Origin: Candidatus Fermentibacterota bacterium
Lineage (GTDB): Bacteria > JAFGKV01
Length of the DNA: 38,090 nt
Assembly (NCBI GenBank): GCA_016928395.1
Contig: JAFGKV010000225.1
Location: 1-38,090, forward strand
Direction of reading: 5' to 3'
Position numbers and translations under genes: made by a program. This document shows positions 8,523 through 17,399 of the stretch, in pieces. How positions within the stretch are numbered: position 1 is the stretch's first letter; every line of letters begins with the position of its first letter. The notes under the pieces are model-generated. The model had not been told where the DNA came from. It saw only the letters and a program-made list of their open reading frames with translations, and made no database searches.

Positions 8523-10937
8523 CTACCTGATCAGCACCACTCGCGTCGACGCCCACGCACCTCCCGCCTCCGCCGAGCAGATGTAGGTGCCACTGGGCAC
8601 GCGAAGGCCGCGGTCATCGAGGCCGTCCCAGATGAGGCGGTGGGCGCCCTCGGGCAGAGGCGAGGCTGCCACGATCCGGACGCGCCGTCCGCCAAGGTCG
8701 AACACCGACACATTGACGGGGCTCGGCTTCGCCAGGAACAGCCCGAACGGCGTCACGCCCGTGCTCGGGCATGGCCCTTCGATGCGGAGGGTCAGATCGG
8801 AAACGTCCGGCGGTGTGCCATGCACCCAGAGGCCTTCGCCGGTAGAGAACGCGTACTTGAGGGAACGCGTGCCAGGGTCGTAGTAGCTGACGTGGCGATG
8901 GTCTTGACTGTCCAAGGCGAGCGAGCAGTACTCACCTGTTCCATACGAATCGTCAATGATGCCGATGTGCCAGGTCTCCCCATCCTTCCAGGCAAACCGC
9001 AGATCCTGTTCCCCTCCTTCCTGGGAGTAGCAGATGAGAGCGCGGCCCTGGCTGTCAATGACAAGGGAGGAGTATCTGCCGACATTCGGCCACGGATCGA
9101 CAGGCTCTATCTCCCAGCCCGCCCCACCGTCGTGGGCGTACCGCAGTCCATAGTCGAGGGAGTAGCTGATATGCGGCCTCCCGGACGCGTCGAGTGCAAT
9201 GGATGGCGTCGAGCGGTAGGCCATGCTGCTGTCGATTCGATCGATGCGCCACTCGGAATCCCGTCGGCATGCATGGAAGAGGTGGTAGCCGTCCTGATAG
9301 GCGAGGTGCGGATTGCCACTGGCGTCGAGTGCCATGGAGGGACACCATCCGGCACCAACGGTCGTAGTCGTCCAGCAATTGGCGCGCTTGACGGCATAGG
9401 CAACGTTCTCACACCAGCTCAGACGTGTCGAGTATGCGACATGTGGCGCCAGTCCCTGATCAACGGCAACTGCAGTCCGGCACTGATAGTATGTAGATCC
9501 AGTGATCGACCCCACTGCATCGATGGACCATCCTTCGCCATTGTTGCGGGCGAACCTTACGGTGCTGCCGGAGTGGTAGGCGATGGAGGGAAAACCGGCA
9601 GCATCAACGGTGAGCGATGCAGCGGTGCCCGCTGAACCCAAGGTGTCTACACACTCCACGATCCAGGTCACGCCATCCCAACGAGCGTACCGCAGATCGG
9701 CTCGGGACTTGTCGTAGTAGGCAATCGACGGCGCACCTTCAGGTGATGCGGCAATGGACGACCACCAGCCCGGATCGTCTTCGTGATCGACAAGCTGACT
9801 ACCCTGCCAATTGATTCCCTCCCGCTTCATGATCCGAATCTGACAACGTTGCGTGGAAGGGTCCTTTCGTACCCAGGCCACCCACGGAGCACCATTCCCA
9901 TCGACGTCGAACGACAGGCACTGAGCGAGCGCACTCACCGGTGCGCCTTCCTGGTGCCACCCGGCGCTATCTTTCCATATGTAGCGGAGAGCGGGCCCGC
10001 TCAAGTAGCACGCGTGCACGTGATCCTGGCCGTCAACATCGCACGAAAGCCCCCTGACGTGGCCGGCATTCTGAACCGCGGTCTCAATAGCCCAGTGAGA
10101 TCCATCGTTCCAGGCATGCATCACCGAATAGGTGGGATAGCCCAGGGCGCCAACCATGTGTGGGTGATTCGCCGAGTCGAGCCCCAGGGAGACGTAGTAG
10201 GCGTCACTCCAGTACTCCTGGACAACCCAGCCCGACTCGTTCTTGAAGGCGTACTTGTTCCCGTTGTATGCGATATGCGGTCGGTTACTGACATCAATGG
10301 CGAAGGACAGAGTTCGCGAGTACCAGCATGTCTCCGTTCCGACCTGCGCGATGTACCAACCGTCATAGGTGGTTCGGTACCCGTAGAGGAGTCGCGCCGT
10401 GCCATCCATGCTTCGATAGCAGACGTTGACTTGATTGAGGCTGTCGATCGCAATGCATGGCTTAGTCGCCGAGTAGCCATAGTCCAGAACCCGGGTCTGC
10501 CAGCCTGACGAAGTCTTCGTGCCGTAGCGGAGCTCGTGCGAACCGTAGCCGCCCGAACGAGCGGCCCCATAGAGGACATGTGGAACGCACAGAGAATCCA
10601 CCGCAAGGGCAGCCGCGCCTTTCGAGAACTCACTCCCGTCAACCAGTTCCGTGTGCCAGGCGATCCCATCGGACCAGGCATACCAGAGCTGCAGTCCCGC
10701 GTACCCCCCCGTGTGCCAGTAGATGACATGCGGGTGTCCCTCCCGGTCGGTGCGGAGACTGCGTTCGCCCATAGAGTCGAACCACTTCGGCCCATCCACG
10801 AAAGTGATCTCCCAATCCTGGGCGAAGCAGGGCAAGGAAGTCGCGAGAACGGCCGCGGACAAAGTGAGAGCTGCGAGACGCCAGAGAGAGCCATGCCCCT
10901 TGAGTGCGAGAAACCAAGTTCTGCTCATCGATCCCAC
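8523..10937 (-). CDS. Paralogous secreted repeat (probable beta-propeller) protein with FlgD-Ig/T9SS-type C-terminal domain
   Basis: Same repeat type as 5970-8426; the last 84 aa differ from the paralog at only 8 positions. Confidence 0.85.
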   Translation of the reverse strand: MGSMSRTWFLALKGHGSLWRLAALTLSAAVLATSLPCFAQDWEITFVDGPKWFDSMGERSLRTDREGHPHVIYWHTGGYAGLQLWYAWSDGIAWHTELVDGSEFSKGAAALAVDSLCVPHVLYGAARSGGYGSHELRYGTKTSSGWQTRVLDYGYSATKPCIAIDSLNQVNVCYRSMDGTARLLYGYRTTYDGWYIAQVGTETCWYSRTLSFAIDVSNRPHIAYNGNKYAFKNESGWVVQEYWSDAYYVSLGLDSANHPHMVGALGYPTYSVMHAWNDGSHWAIETAVQNAGHVRGLSCDVDGQDHVHACYLSGPALRYIWKDSAGWHQEGAPVSALAQCLSFDVDGNGAPWVAWVRKDPSTQRCQIRIMKREGINWQGSQLVDHEDDPGWWSSIAASPEGAPSIAYYDKSRADLRYARWDGVTWIVECVDTLGSAGTAASLTVDAAGFPSIAYHSGSTVRFARNNGEGWSIDAVGSITGSTYYQCRTAVAVDQGLAPHVAYSTRLSWCENVAYAVKRANCWTTTTVGAGWCPSMALDASGNPHLAYQDGYHLFHACRRDSEWRIDRIDSSMAYRSTPSIALDASGRPHISYSLDYGLRYAHDGGAGWEIEPVDPWPNVGRYSSLVIDSQGRALICYSQEGGEQDLRFAWKDGETWHIGIIDDSYGTGEYCSLALDSQDHRHVSYYDPGTRSLKYAFSTGEGLWVHGTPPDVSDLTLRIEGPCPSTGVTPFGLFLAKPSPVNVSVFDLGGRRVRIVAASPLPEGAHRLIWDGLDDRGLRVPSGTYICSAEAGGAWASTRVVLIR

Positions 10938-11003
10938 CCTGCTTTCCTGATGCTCAGTCGGGGACCGAGTGGGCCAGGGCCATGATTCACAGTGCGTCCC
11001 TCC

Positions 11004-11999
11004 CTATCGTGCCAAGATGCAGCGTGTGGTGAGGACTGCACGTGGCGTCGTGAGGCGGCAGACGTAGGTGCCGGAGGGGATGTCGGAGGCGTCCCACGTC
11101 ACGGTGTGTCTGCCAGCTGATTGGCGGCCTTCGAACAGGATCTTCACCAAGGCTCCGCGCGCATCATACACCGCGACCCGCACATCGGCCGGTGTAGGGA
11201 GCGCGTAGAGGAACGACGTCCCGCTCGCGAACGGATTGGGCTTCGTCGCCAACAGGTGGTACGCGGGTCCTTCCCACGGTTCGGCCCCCATCTCGCAGTC
11301 CAGGGCAATCGACATCTCCACCGTGGTGTCGGGCCAGATCTGCACAGAGGTCAGCTCGATCGGGCATTCTTCGGCTTGGACCGACATGTACTGCAGCCTC
11401 GCATAGTTGTGAATCCGAAACTCCCCCGTCTCGTCCGTCATGGCGAAGATCGGGTTCCCCATGATGTCATTGCCGTACACGACGCGCACCCCCTCCATCG
11501 GTGTTCCGAGGCTGTCGGTCACGATCCCGTGGATGTCCCCCATGGCGTTCAGCGAGTCGTTCGGTGCACCCATGGTCGGCGACGCATCGAGGTAGTAGAA
11601 CGTGAGACTCGTCGAGATCGAATACCCCGGTGGAGGTGAGGCGATGAACGCCCCTTCCACGGTTCCGAAAATCAGCTCGTCGACGGGTAGATTGGGAAAC
11701 CACTCCGGCTTCCAGATACGCAGGGTGTCACCCTGCGGGTCGATGCGCAGCGGCCGGAGGAGGTCGTCTTGGGTGACGACCAGGTAGTCCTCCAAGGGAA
11801 CATCGGGTCTGAACTCTGCTGTGTCCGACATGGTGGTGAGAAACCATGTCGAGAGCTCTTCCCACGGGGTCATCTCGAGCCGCCAGCCGATCACGTCGAA
11901 AGTGAGTTCGGAGAACACCTGCTCGACAACGGGATTGGCCACTGTCGGCCCGACCGCTCCAAGCAGGACTGCTGCACCACAGATCACCAATCTCATCAC
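11004..11999 (-). CDS. Secreted protein with carboxypeptidase-regulatory-like domain and T9SS-type C-terminal domain
   Basis: Signal peptide, IHGIVTDSLGTPMEGVRV...TDETGEF, C-terminal PNPF...VYDARG...WDASDIPSGTY. Translationally coupled to the upstream gene. Confidence 0.8.
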   Translation of the reverse strand: MMRLVICGAAVLLGAVGPTVANPVVEQVFSELTFDVIGWRLEMTPWEELSTWFLTTMSDTAEFRPDVPLEDYLVVTQDDLLRPLRIDPQGDTLRIWKPEWFPNLPVDELIFGTVEGAFIASPPPGYSISTSLTFYYLDASPTMGAPNDSLNAMGDIHGIVTDSLGTPMEGVRVVYGNDIMGNPIFAMTDETGEFRIHNYARLQYMSVQAEECPIELTSVQIWPDTTVEMSIALDCEMGAEPWEGPAYHLLATKPNPFASGTSFLYALPTPADVRVAVYDARGALVKILFEGRQSAGRHTVTWDASDIPSGTYVCRLTTPRAVLTTRCILAR

Positions 12000-12592
12000 T
12001 CCACCTCCTTCCAGACGATGTCAAGGTCACACACCGGCATGAACTGGCTCCGATGGATACGGTGTATCCGCCAGGCGGCGGCATGCTCCACTGAGTCTGG
12101 GGCAATTGAAATGTGTGTGAGCTCCAGACTCCGCGGGATGTGAATGAGGAAGTCGGCGGAACGTAGCGGCCGGCCCCACCTCTGCGTCGTAGTCAGGATG
12201 TAGCGGAGCATGCTTCGGGGTGTGCGTTGGACATAGGTCACGCGAAAGTCGAAGGAATCGGAACCGGCGATCCGCGCCGGGAACCGGATGCCTTCTGCGT
12301 TTCCGGCATACGAGATGGGAAGCCCTGTGGCGAGATCGGTCACAGCCACGCTGTCGGGATACGGCAGGCCGGGGCCGATCGCGAACGGATAGTACAGCAT
12401 CCGTCCACCGGAATCGCCATCGGAGACCAGGTGATAGTCGCCGATGATCGTGCACCGGTCACCGTGAATGGTGATGTCGATACGTTCGGAGCGGAACTCA
12501 AGTTGACCGGGTGCCGCGTGGCCCGGCGCGCAGACGAGGAGTCCTGCAACGAGGGCAGGCAAGGTGTAAGATCCGGCGCGGTGCAGTCTCAC
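11996..12592 (-). CDS. Secreted hypothetical protein (weakly DUF4424-like)
   Basis: Signal-like N-terminus, F.SERIDI...RYILTTTQRWGRPLRSADF motif; stop overlaps the next start. Confidence 0.7.
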   Translation of the reverse strand: MRLHRAGSYTLPALVAGLLVCAPGHAAPGQLEFRSERIDITIHGDRCTIIGDYHLVSDGDSGGRMLYYPFAIGPGLPYPDSVAVTDLATGLPISYAGNAEGIRFPARIAGSDSFDFRVTYVQRTPRSMLRYILTTTQRWGRPLRSADFLIHIPRSLELTHISIAPDSVEHAAAWRIHRIHRSQFMPVCDLDIVWKEVE

Positions 12593-12737
12593 GGGGCACC
12601 TCTAGGGGCCGTTACGATGCGTGGACTTGGCACACATCACCCCTTCCCTCCTCGAACCAACGGCAAGAGAAGACACGTTTCGTGGATCAAGATACGCGCG
12701 ACATCGCCGAAGTGCACCCGTAGGCAAGGGTTCCCCG

Positions 12738-12805
12738 GCGCGTGGGCAGCGAGAGTCTCTGGGAGCCGACGACAATACCCATAAACGACCCTGCTGCCCA
12801 CGCGC
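12738..12805. repeat. Perfect 13-bp inverted repeat (REP-like)
   Basis: GCGCGTGGGCAGC (12738-12750) / GCTGCCCACGCGC (12793-12805), separated by 42 nt. Confidence 0.6.
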
Positions 12806-13188
12806 ACCCGCGCGATGTCGCGCGGGCCTGCCGATGCTCACCTGCTCCCGACCCCTCCTGCGAAGCTGTCCAACTGCCGGACGGCTTCTTCTGCGGCACA
12901 CGTTGCTGACTGCTGACGATACCACGGTGCCCGGCCGCGTGCGTCCCTCCGGATAAACCGGAGAGAAACGCATACCCGGTGCGTCCAGGCGCCATGGTGG
13001 GATACAACACCTCGTCTCAGTCGACCTCATGCCCGCCTCCCGGTCTGAGAGTTAGGCCGGAGTTCGCCGGGGCAGGGGACGGGGCGCGTCGATCCAGCGA
13101 TCCACACGCCCCGTCCCGCAGCCTCCTCCCTCGCAGCGATGGCAAGGCGTGCGATCCGGCATGCGACCGAAGCCGCGCGGGCTTCTAC

Positions 13189-13206
13189 TTGCACAGACCG
13201 TGCCGG
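13189..13206 (-). promoter_or_regulatory. Candidate sigma54 (-24/-12) promoter
   Basis: Minus strand reads CCGGCACGGTCTGTGCAA, i.e. GG-N10-GC, close to consensus TGGCACG-N4-TTGCA. It points towards the secreted-protein cluster. Confidence 0.55.
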
Positions 13207-13308
13207 AATCACGCAGGGCCACGAGACATCTTTGGGCGGCGCTCGCGGCCCCCGGGGGCCTGAGCCAAACCTCCACGGAGCCGAGGTGGGGCATACGCGG
13301 CACCGGCC

Positions 13309-13346
13309 CATGCAAATCGTGCACGCCCCGGCATGCAAAGCTTGCG
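13309..13346. promoter_or_regulatory. Candidate tandem upstream activator sequences for a sigma54 activator
   Basis: TGCA-N5-TGCA (13311-13323) and TGCA-N5-TGCG (13334-13346), 23 bp apart, both preceded by CA, about 105-140 bp upstream of the candidate -24 box. Confidence 0.4.
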
Positions 13347-13508
13347 CGGTGGAGAAGAAGGAACGGGAATCCGGTGGGTGAGGTTCGAAAGACCAGAAAA
13401 CCAAAGACCCGAGGGGGTGAACCGAAAGACGCGATGGATTCTTGGGTGGGATTACGGTGAACTCATACTCCGCTGTGTGTTCGCTCTCGCGCCGCCAAGG
13501 GGATCGAA

Positions 13509-13677
13509 TGTAGGGGCAGGGCTAGCCTCTTGCCCGCCCGCGGAGGCAAAGCTCCGCTTTCGCAGAGCAACCTTTGTGAACACATCTGTGGAACATGCGG
13601 AGGGCGACCAGAGGCGGTCGCCCCTACGACGGTTGGGGCGCACTATTTCCGTAGGGGCGAGACTCTGTACCCGCCCG
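13509..13677. repeat. GTAG-type REP-like palindrome cluster
   Basis: GTAGGGGCAGGG..TTGCCC, an inverted copy GGGCGACC..GGTCGCCCCTAC, and GTAGGGGCGAG..CCCGCCC. The same family occurs at 37367-37752. Confidence 0.75.
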
Positions 13678-13749
13678 TGAAAGCCACGACCTATCCAACC
13701 TTCGTCCGCCATTCATCGAATCATCCACCCGTCCAATCGGCCAACCCTC

Positions 13750-13825
13750 TACTCTCAACCTCGAAGAATCCGAGTGCACCCCGCGCCCTCTGAGGCCAGC
13801 CTGAACCCCTGAAACTGCGAGCGAA
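13750..13825 (+). repeat. Dispersed ~70-bp repeat, copy 1
   Basis: TACTCTC.ACCTCGAA...GAGTGC.CCCGCGCCCTC.GAGGCC...CTGAACCC; further copies at 20300-20370 and 37763-37845. Confidence 0.75.
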
Positions 13826-13839
13826 CCGGCAGACCAGCC

Positions 13840-14577
13840 CTAGTGCAGTGTGCCGCCTGCGGCGATCCCGAGGGAAGTTCCCGAGCCGATCACGCGAACC
13901 GAAACCGTCGGCCCGAGTAGCACATCCGCGACGCTGCCCGCCCACACGGCCACTACGCCGTAGCCCAGGAGACGCCGGATCTTGTGGGCTCGGTTGTAGT
14001 CATCATAGGCCGAGGAGATCTCGCCTCCCGTGGCACGCAGGTAGCGCGCATGGGTGTCGTCTTCCCACGTGGCCGCCGCAACCCATCCGGCCAACCCCGA
14101 TAAGCCGACCGCGGCGAAGGCCACTCCTCTGGTCTTGCGTCCCATGGTCCACTGGCCCCATCCCGGGACAAGCATGCTCCGAAACGCCGCGCCGGGGCGG
14201 CTGTCCTCCAGCACCAGGTAGACGGCCGCGGATTCGCCCTCGGCTTCCGCCCCGCTTAGAGCCCGCGCAGCCTCAAACTCGGAGAGGATCTTCGGCGACA
14301 CCTCGCGCGGATCCAGTTCGATGGACGGATCAAGGGAAAGCGCAACACCGAAGCTGGCCCGGGCTTTCGGGCGATCCCCCAATGCTGCCTGTCCGAATCC
14401 TTTCCACAGATGAAGCCCGGCCAGCTCGGGCAGGCTCAGCCCGATTGACTGGGCCAGCAACGAGTCCACCCGTCCGATCATCTGCTGATAGCGTCCAGAG
14501 TCGAAATCGTCGCGAAGCGGCGCCGGCATATCCGTCATGGAGAACACCGCACACGCCATGAGGGTGAGGATGACCAC
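13840..14577 (-). CDS. Exported TPR-like protein with C-terminal membrane domain (DUF5683-like)
   Basis: Hydrophobic N-terminus, helical TPR-like segment ending ALSLDPSIELDPREVSPKI, then AAFRSMLVPGWGQW and hydrophobic segments. Confidence 0.75.
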   Translation of the reverse strand: MVILTLMACAVFSMTDMPAPLRDDFDSGRYQQMIGRVDSLLAQSIGLSLPELAGLHLWKGFGQAALGDRPKARASFGVALSLDPSIELDPREVSPKILSEFEAARALSGAEAEGESAAVYLVLEDSRPGAAFRSMLVPGWGQWTMGRKTRGVAFAAVGLSGLAGWVAAATWEDDTHARYLRATGGEISSAYDDYNRAHKIRRLLGYGVVAVWAGSVADVLLGPTVSVRVIGSGTSLGIAAGGTLH

Positions 14578-14580
14578 GAG

Positions 14581-15798
14581 CTACCGGATCCTCATGATGG
14601 GCCGTGCCACATGCCCATCCGCGTCGATGCTGACCATGTAGACACCGGTAGGCATGTCGGCGCCCGGACGGAATCGGGCGTAGGCCTCATGTGACATCCC
14701 CTCAGTGCGACAGACCATCCTGCCGTCCAGCGAATGGAGTGCGATGCTCCACCGTCCGGCGACTCTCAGGCTCGCGGAGATCTCGACCTCGTGCCTGAAC
14801 GGGTTCGGCCAGACGGAGAGCAGGAGTGGCGGGGGACCAACCGGCTCATGCGCGAGAGCATCCACCGTCTCCAGGTCCGCACGCTCACAGGTTCCCGTGG
14901 CCTCATACCCGACCGGGCCGGTCCCCCCGGCCGCCACCACGTATCCTCCGACAGTACCCCCCGCCATACGCGACCGTGCGACTCCCATGTTCTCCAGAGG
15001 CACCCACGCTCCGGTGATCGAGGACATCACCAGAACATCCCGGCTTGCTCCCTCAGTGCCCTCCCCTCCCATCAGGATCAAAGAAGACCCGAACTCGCAG
15101 GCCAAAGCGCTGCCCCGGGCGCTGGGAAGCCCTGGGCCTTCCACCCATGTTCTGTCAGAGAACACCTCGGTGGTCCGGAGCGGGCCGTGGAAGTAGCCGC
15201 CGGTGATGACTGGGCTGCCCATGACCCCGCCCGCCGCGGCGACGCTGCGGGCCTGACTCAGCGCCTGCTCCAAGGCAAACCCTGTGGCAGGCCCGTAACG
15301 ATAGACAGTGGCCAGAAACTCGCCGCTCGCATCCAGCCCGCCAACGACCAGGGCGGATCCTCCGTCCAGAACCACGGCGCACGCTCCCCGAAGGGCGACG
15401 GGCAGCGTGTCAGCGTGGACGACCCAGGTGCCCTCACCAGGCCGCCACGACCACACGGTAGCGGAGAGTGTATTGTCTGCAGTGCTGCCGCCGAAGAGGT
15501 AGATCCTTTGCCCGATGAGGGCGCAGGCCATGTCGGCCCGGGGCGCGGGAAGACCGGGAAAACCTCCAACCCACCTGTCCTCGGCCGGCAGGTAGGCCTC
15601 CACCACACTCTGGAGGCCCTGATCTCCGGTGCCTGATCCGCTGCGCACACGGCCTCCCATGACATAGAGCGTGTCGCCCTTGACGGCCGAAGCCGCATCC
15701 ATCCGTGGCGTAATCATCCTCGCGCACGGATGCCACGCCGTCGCGAAGAGCGGCCATGCCGGGAATGCCAGCACAAGAACGATCAGTGTACGTCGCAT
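14581..15798 (-). CDS. Secreted Kelch-repeat protein with T9SS-type C-terminal domain
   Basis: Signal peptide; six GG-centred Kelch blades (YVMGG, YLFGG, LVVGG, VITGG, ILMGG, VAAGG); C-terminal WPNPF...TGVYMV. Confidence 0.85.
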   Translation of the reverse strand: MRRTLIVLVLAFPAWPLFATAWHPCARMITPRMDAASAVKGDTLYVMGGRVRSGSGTGDQGLQSVVEAYLPAEDRWVGGFPGLPAPRADMACALIGQRIYLFGGSTADNTLSATVWSWRPGEGTWVVHADTLPVALRGACAVVLDGGSALVVGGLDASGEFLATVYRYGPATGFALEQALSQARSVAAAGGVMGSPVITGGYFHGPLRTTEVFSDRTWVEGPGLPSARGSALACEFGSSLILMGGEGTEGASRDVLVMSSITGAWVPLENMGVARSRMAGGTVGGYVVAAGGTGPVGYEATGTCERADLETVDALAHEPVGPPPLLLSVWPNPFRHEVEISASLRVAGRWSIALHSLDGRMVCRTEGMSHEAYARFRPGADMPTGVYMVSIDADGHVARPIMRIR

Positions 15799-15830
15799 GA
15801 CGAGATCCTCCGTGTGGGCTCCATATGCAT

Positions 15831-17399
15831 CTACCGTTCCGGAGTCTTGCGTAGATCGATTTCGATGGAAATCGTATCGCCCGGGCCGAGGCGTACCCGT
15901 TCGGCCTGACTCGAAAAGAAGGGGTTCTCGGCCATCACTTCATGGGACCCCGGCCACAGCGCGATGGGTTCGGCCAGCGGAGTCGTTCCCACCGGCACGC
16001 CATCCACCTGCAAGGATGCCCATGGGTCGGTCAGCACGCGGAGAAACCCAAGGCTGTCTGCCAGCGACACGAAAAGCGATTCCCGGGCTCCGGGCGCCAG
16101 ATCCACAGCCGCGTGGACCTCGGGGAAGGTCAAGTGTCTCATGGTTATCTGGTACCGTCCCGCCGGCAAGGTCAGCGGATCGGTCAACGGTGTCGTGTCC
16201 CGTACCTCTCCGTCAATCATGATCTCGGCCCAGGGCACGGTAGCGATCCAGAGCGCGGCACGCGTGGGGTCTGCGGCCTCTGCAAGAGGTGGAATGCCTC
16301 TCGGGACCGGAGCAAAGACGGGTTCCGCCGGGATGAGGGTTGTGTTCCTCGAACGCTCTGAGACCTTTGCCGACGGAATCATGGATGATGAGTCGACCAC
16401 CGCCGCCGCAACTGGTGCTAGAGTGGGAGACGCGATCTGTGCGATGATCGTATCATGGGAACCGGCATTCGACCCTGGTCCGGCCGGGGCGAGTGACGCG
16501 GCGCGGCGGGGCATCCGCAGCACCGCCATCCCAACAAGTACACAGAGCACCGCCGCCCCACCGGCGACCCAGGCCCGAATCGGCCTCCGGTCAGCAGGCA
16601 CCACCGGGCCGGGCCCGCCCTGCAGGAGACCCCTGGCCTGGGCAACGCCCTCGGGTCTTTCCGACGGGTTTTTCTCCAAGAGTCCGGCGATGAATCGCCG
16701 TGCCTCCGATGGTGTGCCCGGCGGCAGGGACTTAACGGGATCAGCCTCCAGGAGCCCGTGTACGACCTCCTGGAATGTCTGACCAGGAAACGCCCGCCGC
16801 CCGGTCAATGCCTCGTACAAGGTCGCACCCAGGCTGAAGAGATCGGAGCGAAAATCGGTGGCGCCACCCCGGAGGGTCTCCGGATCAAGGTAGGCGGGAG
16901 TGCCGACCAGTGTGTCACTCTGGGTCGCCGCGGGGCTCTGTAGAAGACGGGCCAGGCCCAGGTCCGCCAGTTTCGGCCCCTTGTCGCTCAGCATGATGTT
17001 CGAGGGCTTGATGTCGCGATGAAGGATCCCTGCTTCATGCAGCGCTTCCAACCCGTCCAGCAGCGCCAGGGCCATTGGCTTCAGCTCGTCCCACGTCAGG
17101 GCACCCTCCCTGATTCGCTGTGCCAGGTCCGGGCCGCGCACGAACTCCGAGGCCAGGTAGAGCCTGTCTTCAGCTTCGCCGAAGTCCCAGACCTTGACCA
17201 CCGCGGGATGATCGATCCTGGCCAGGGCCTTTGCCTCCCGCTCGAACCTCCCCCGACGCTCGGGCCAGTTGAGCCCCCCCGCCACAAGTACCTTGAGGAA
17301 GACCTCCCGCTCCAGATGCACATGAACGGCGCGGTAGGAGAGGGCCTGCGCGCTTTCGCCGATGGGCGCGATGATCCTGTACGGGCCGATATCAGCCAT
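15831..17399 (-). CDS. Hanks-type Ser/Thr protein kinase with TM helix and two PEGA-like domains
   Basis: FEREAKAL, HRDIKPSN, KLADLGLA, GTPAYLDPE and SDLFSLG motifs; TM segment WVAGGAAVLCVLVGMAVL; two PWA.I.IDG...TTPL repeats. Confidence 0.92.
   Translation of the reverse strand: MADIGPYRIIAPIGESAQALSYRAVHVHLEREVFLKVLVAGGLNWPERRGRFEREAKALARIDHPAVVKVWDFGEAEDRLYLASEFVRGPDLAQRIREGALTWDELKPMALALLDGLEALHEAGILHRDIKPSNIMLSDKGPKLADLGLARLLQSPAATQSDTLVGTPAYLDPETLRGGATDFRSDLFSLGATLYEALTGRRAFPGQTFQEVVHGLLEADPVKSLPPGTPSEARRFIAGLLEKNPSERPEGVAQARGLLQGGPGPVVPADRRPIRAWVAGGAAVLCVLVGMAVLRMPRRAASLAPAGPGSNAGSHDTIIAQIASPTLAPVAAAVVDSSSMIPSAKVSERSRNTTLIPAEPVFAPVPRGIPPLAEAADPTRAALWIATVPWAEIMIDGEVRDTTPLTDPLTLPAGRYQITMRHLTFPEVHAAVDLAPGARESLFVSLADSLGFLRVLTDPWASLQVDGVPVGTTPLAEPIALWPGSHEVMAENPFFSSQAERVRLGPGDTISIEIDLRKTPER

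Noticed and set aside
13295-13346. Plus-strand sigma54 promoter
   Set aside because: GG-to-GC spacings are 11 or 12 nt rather than the required 10.
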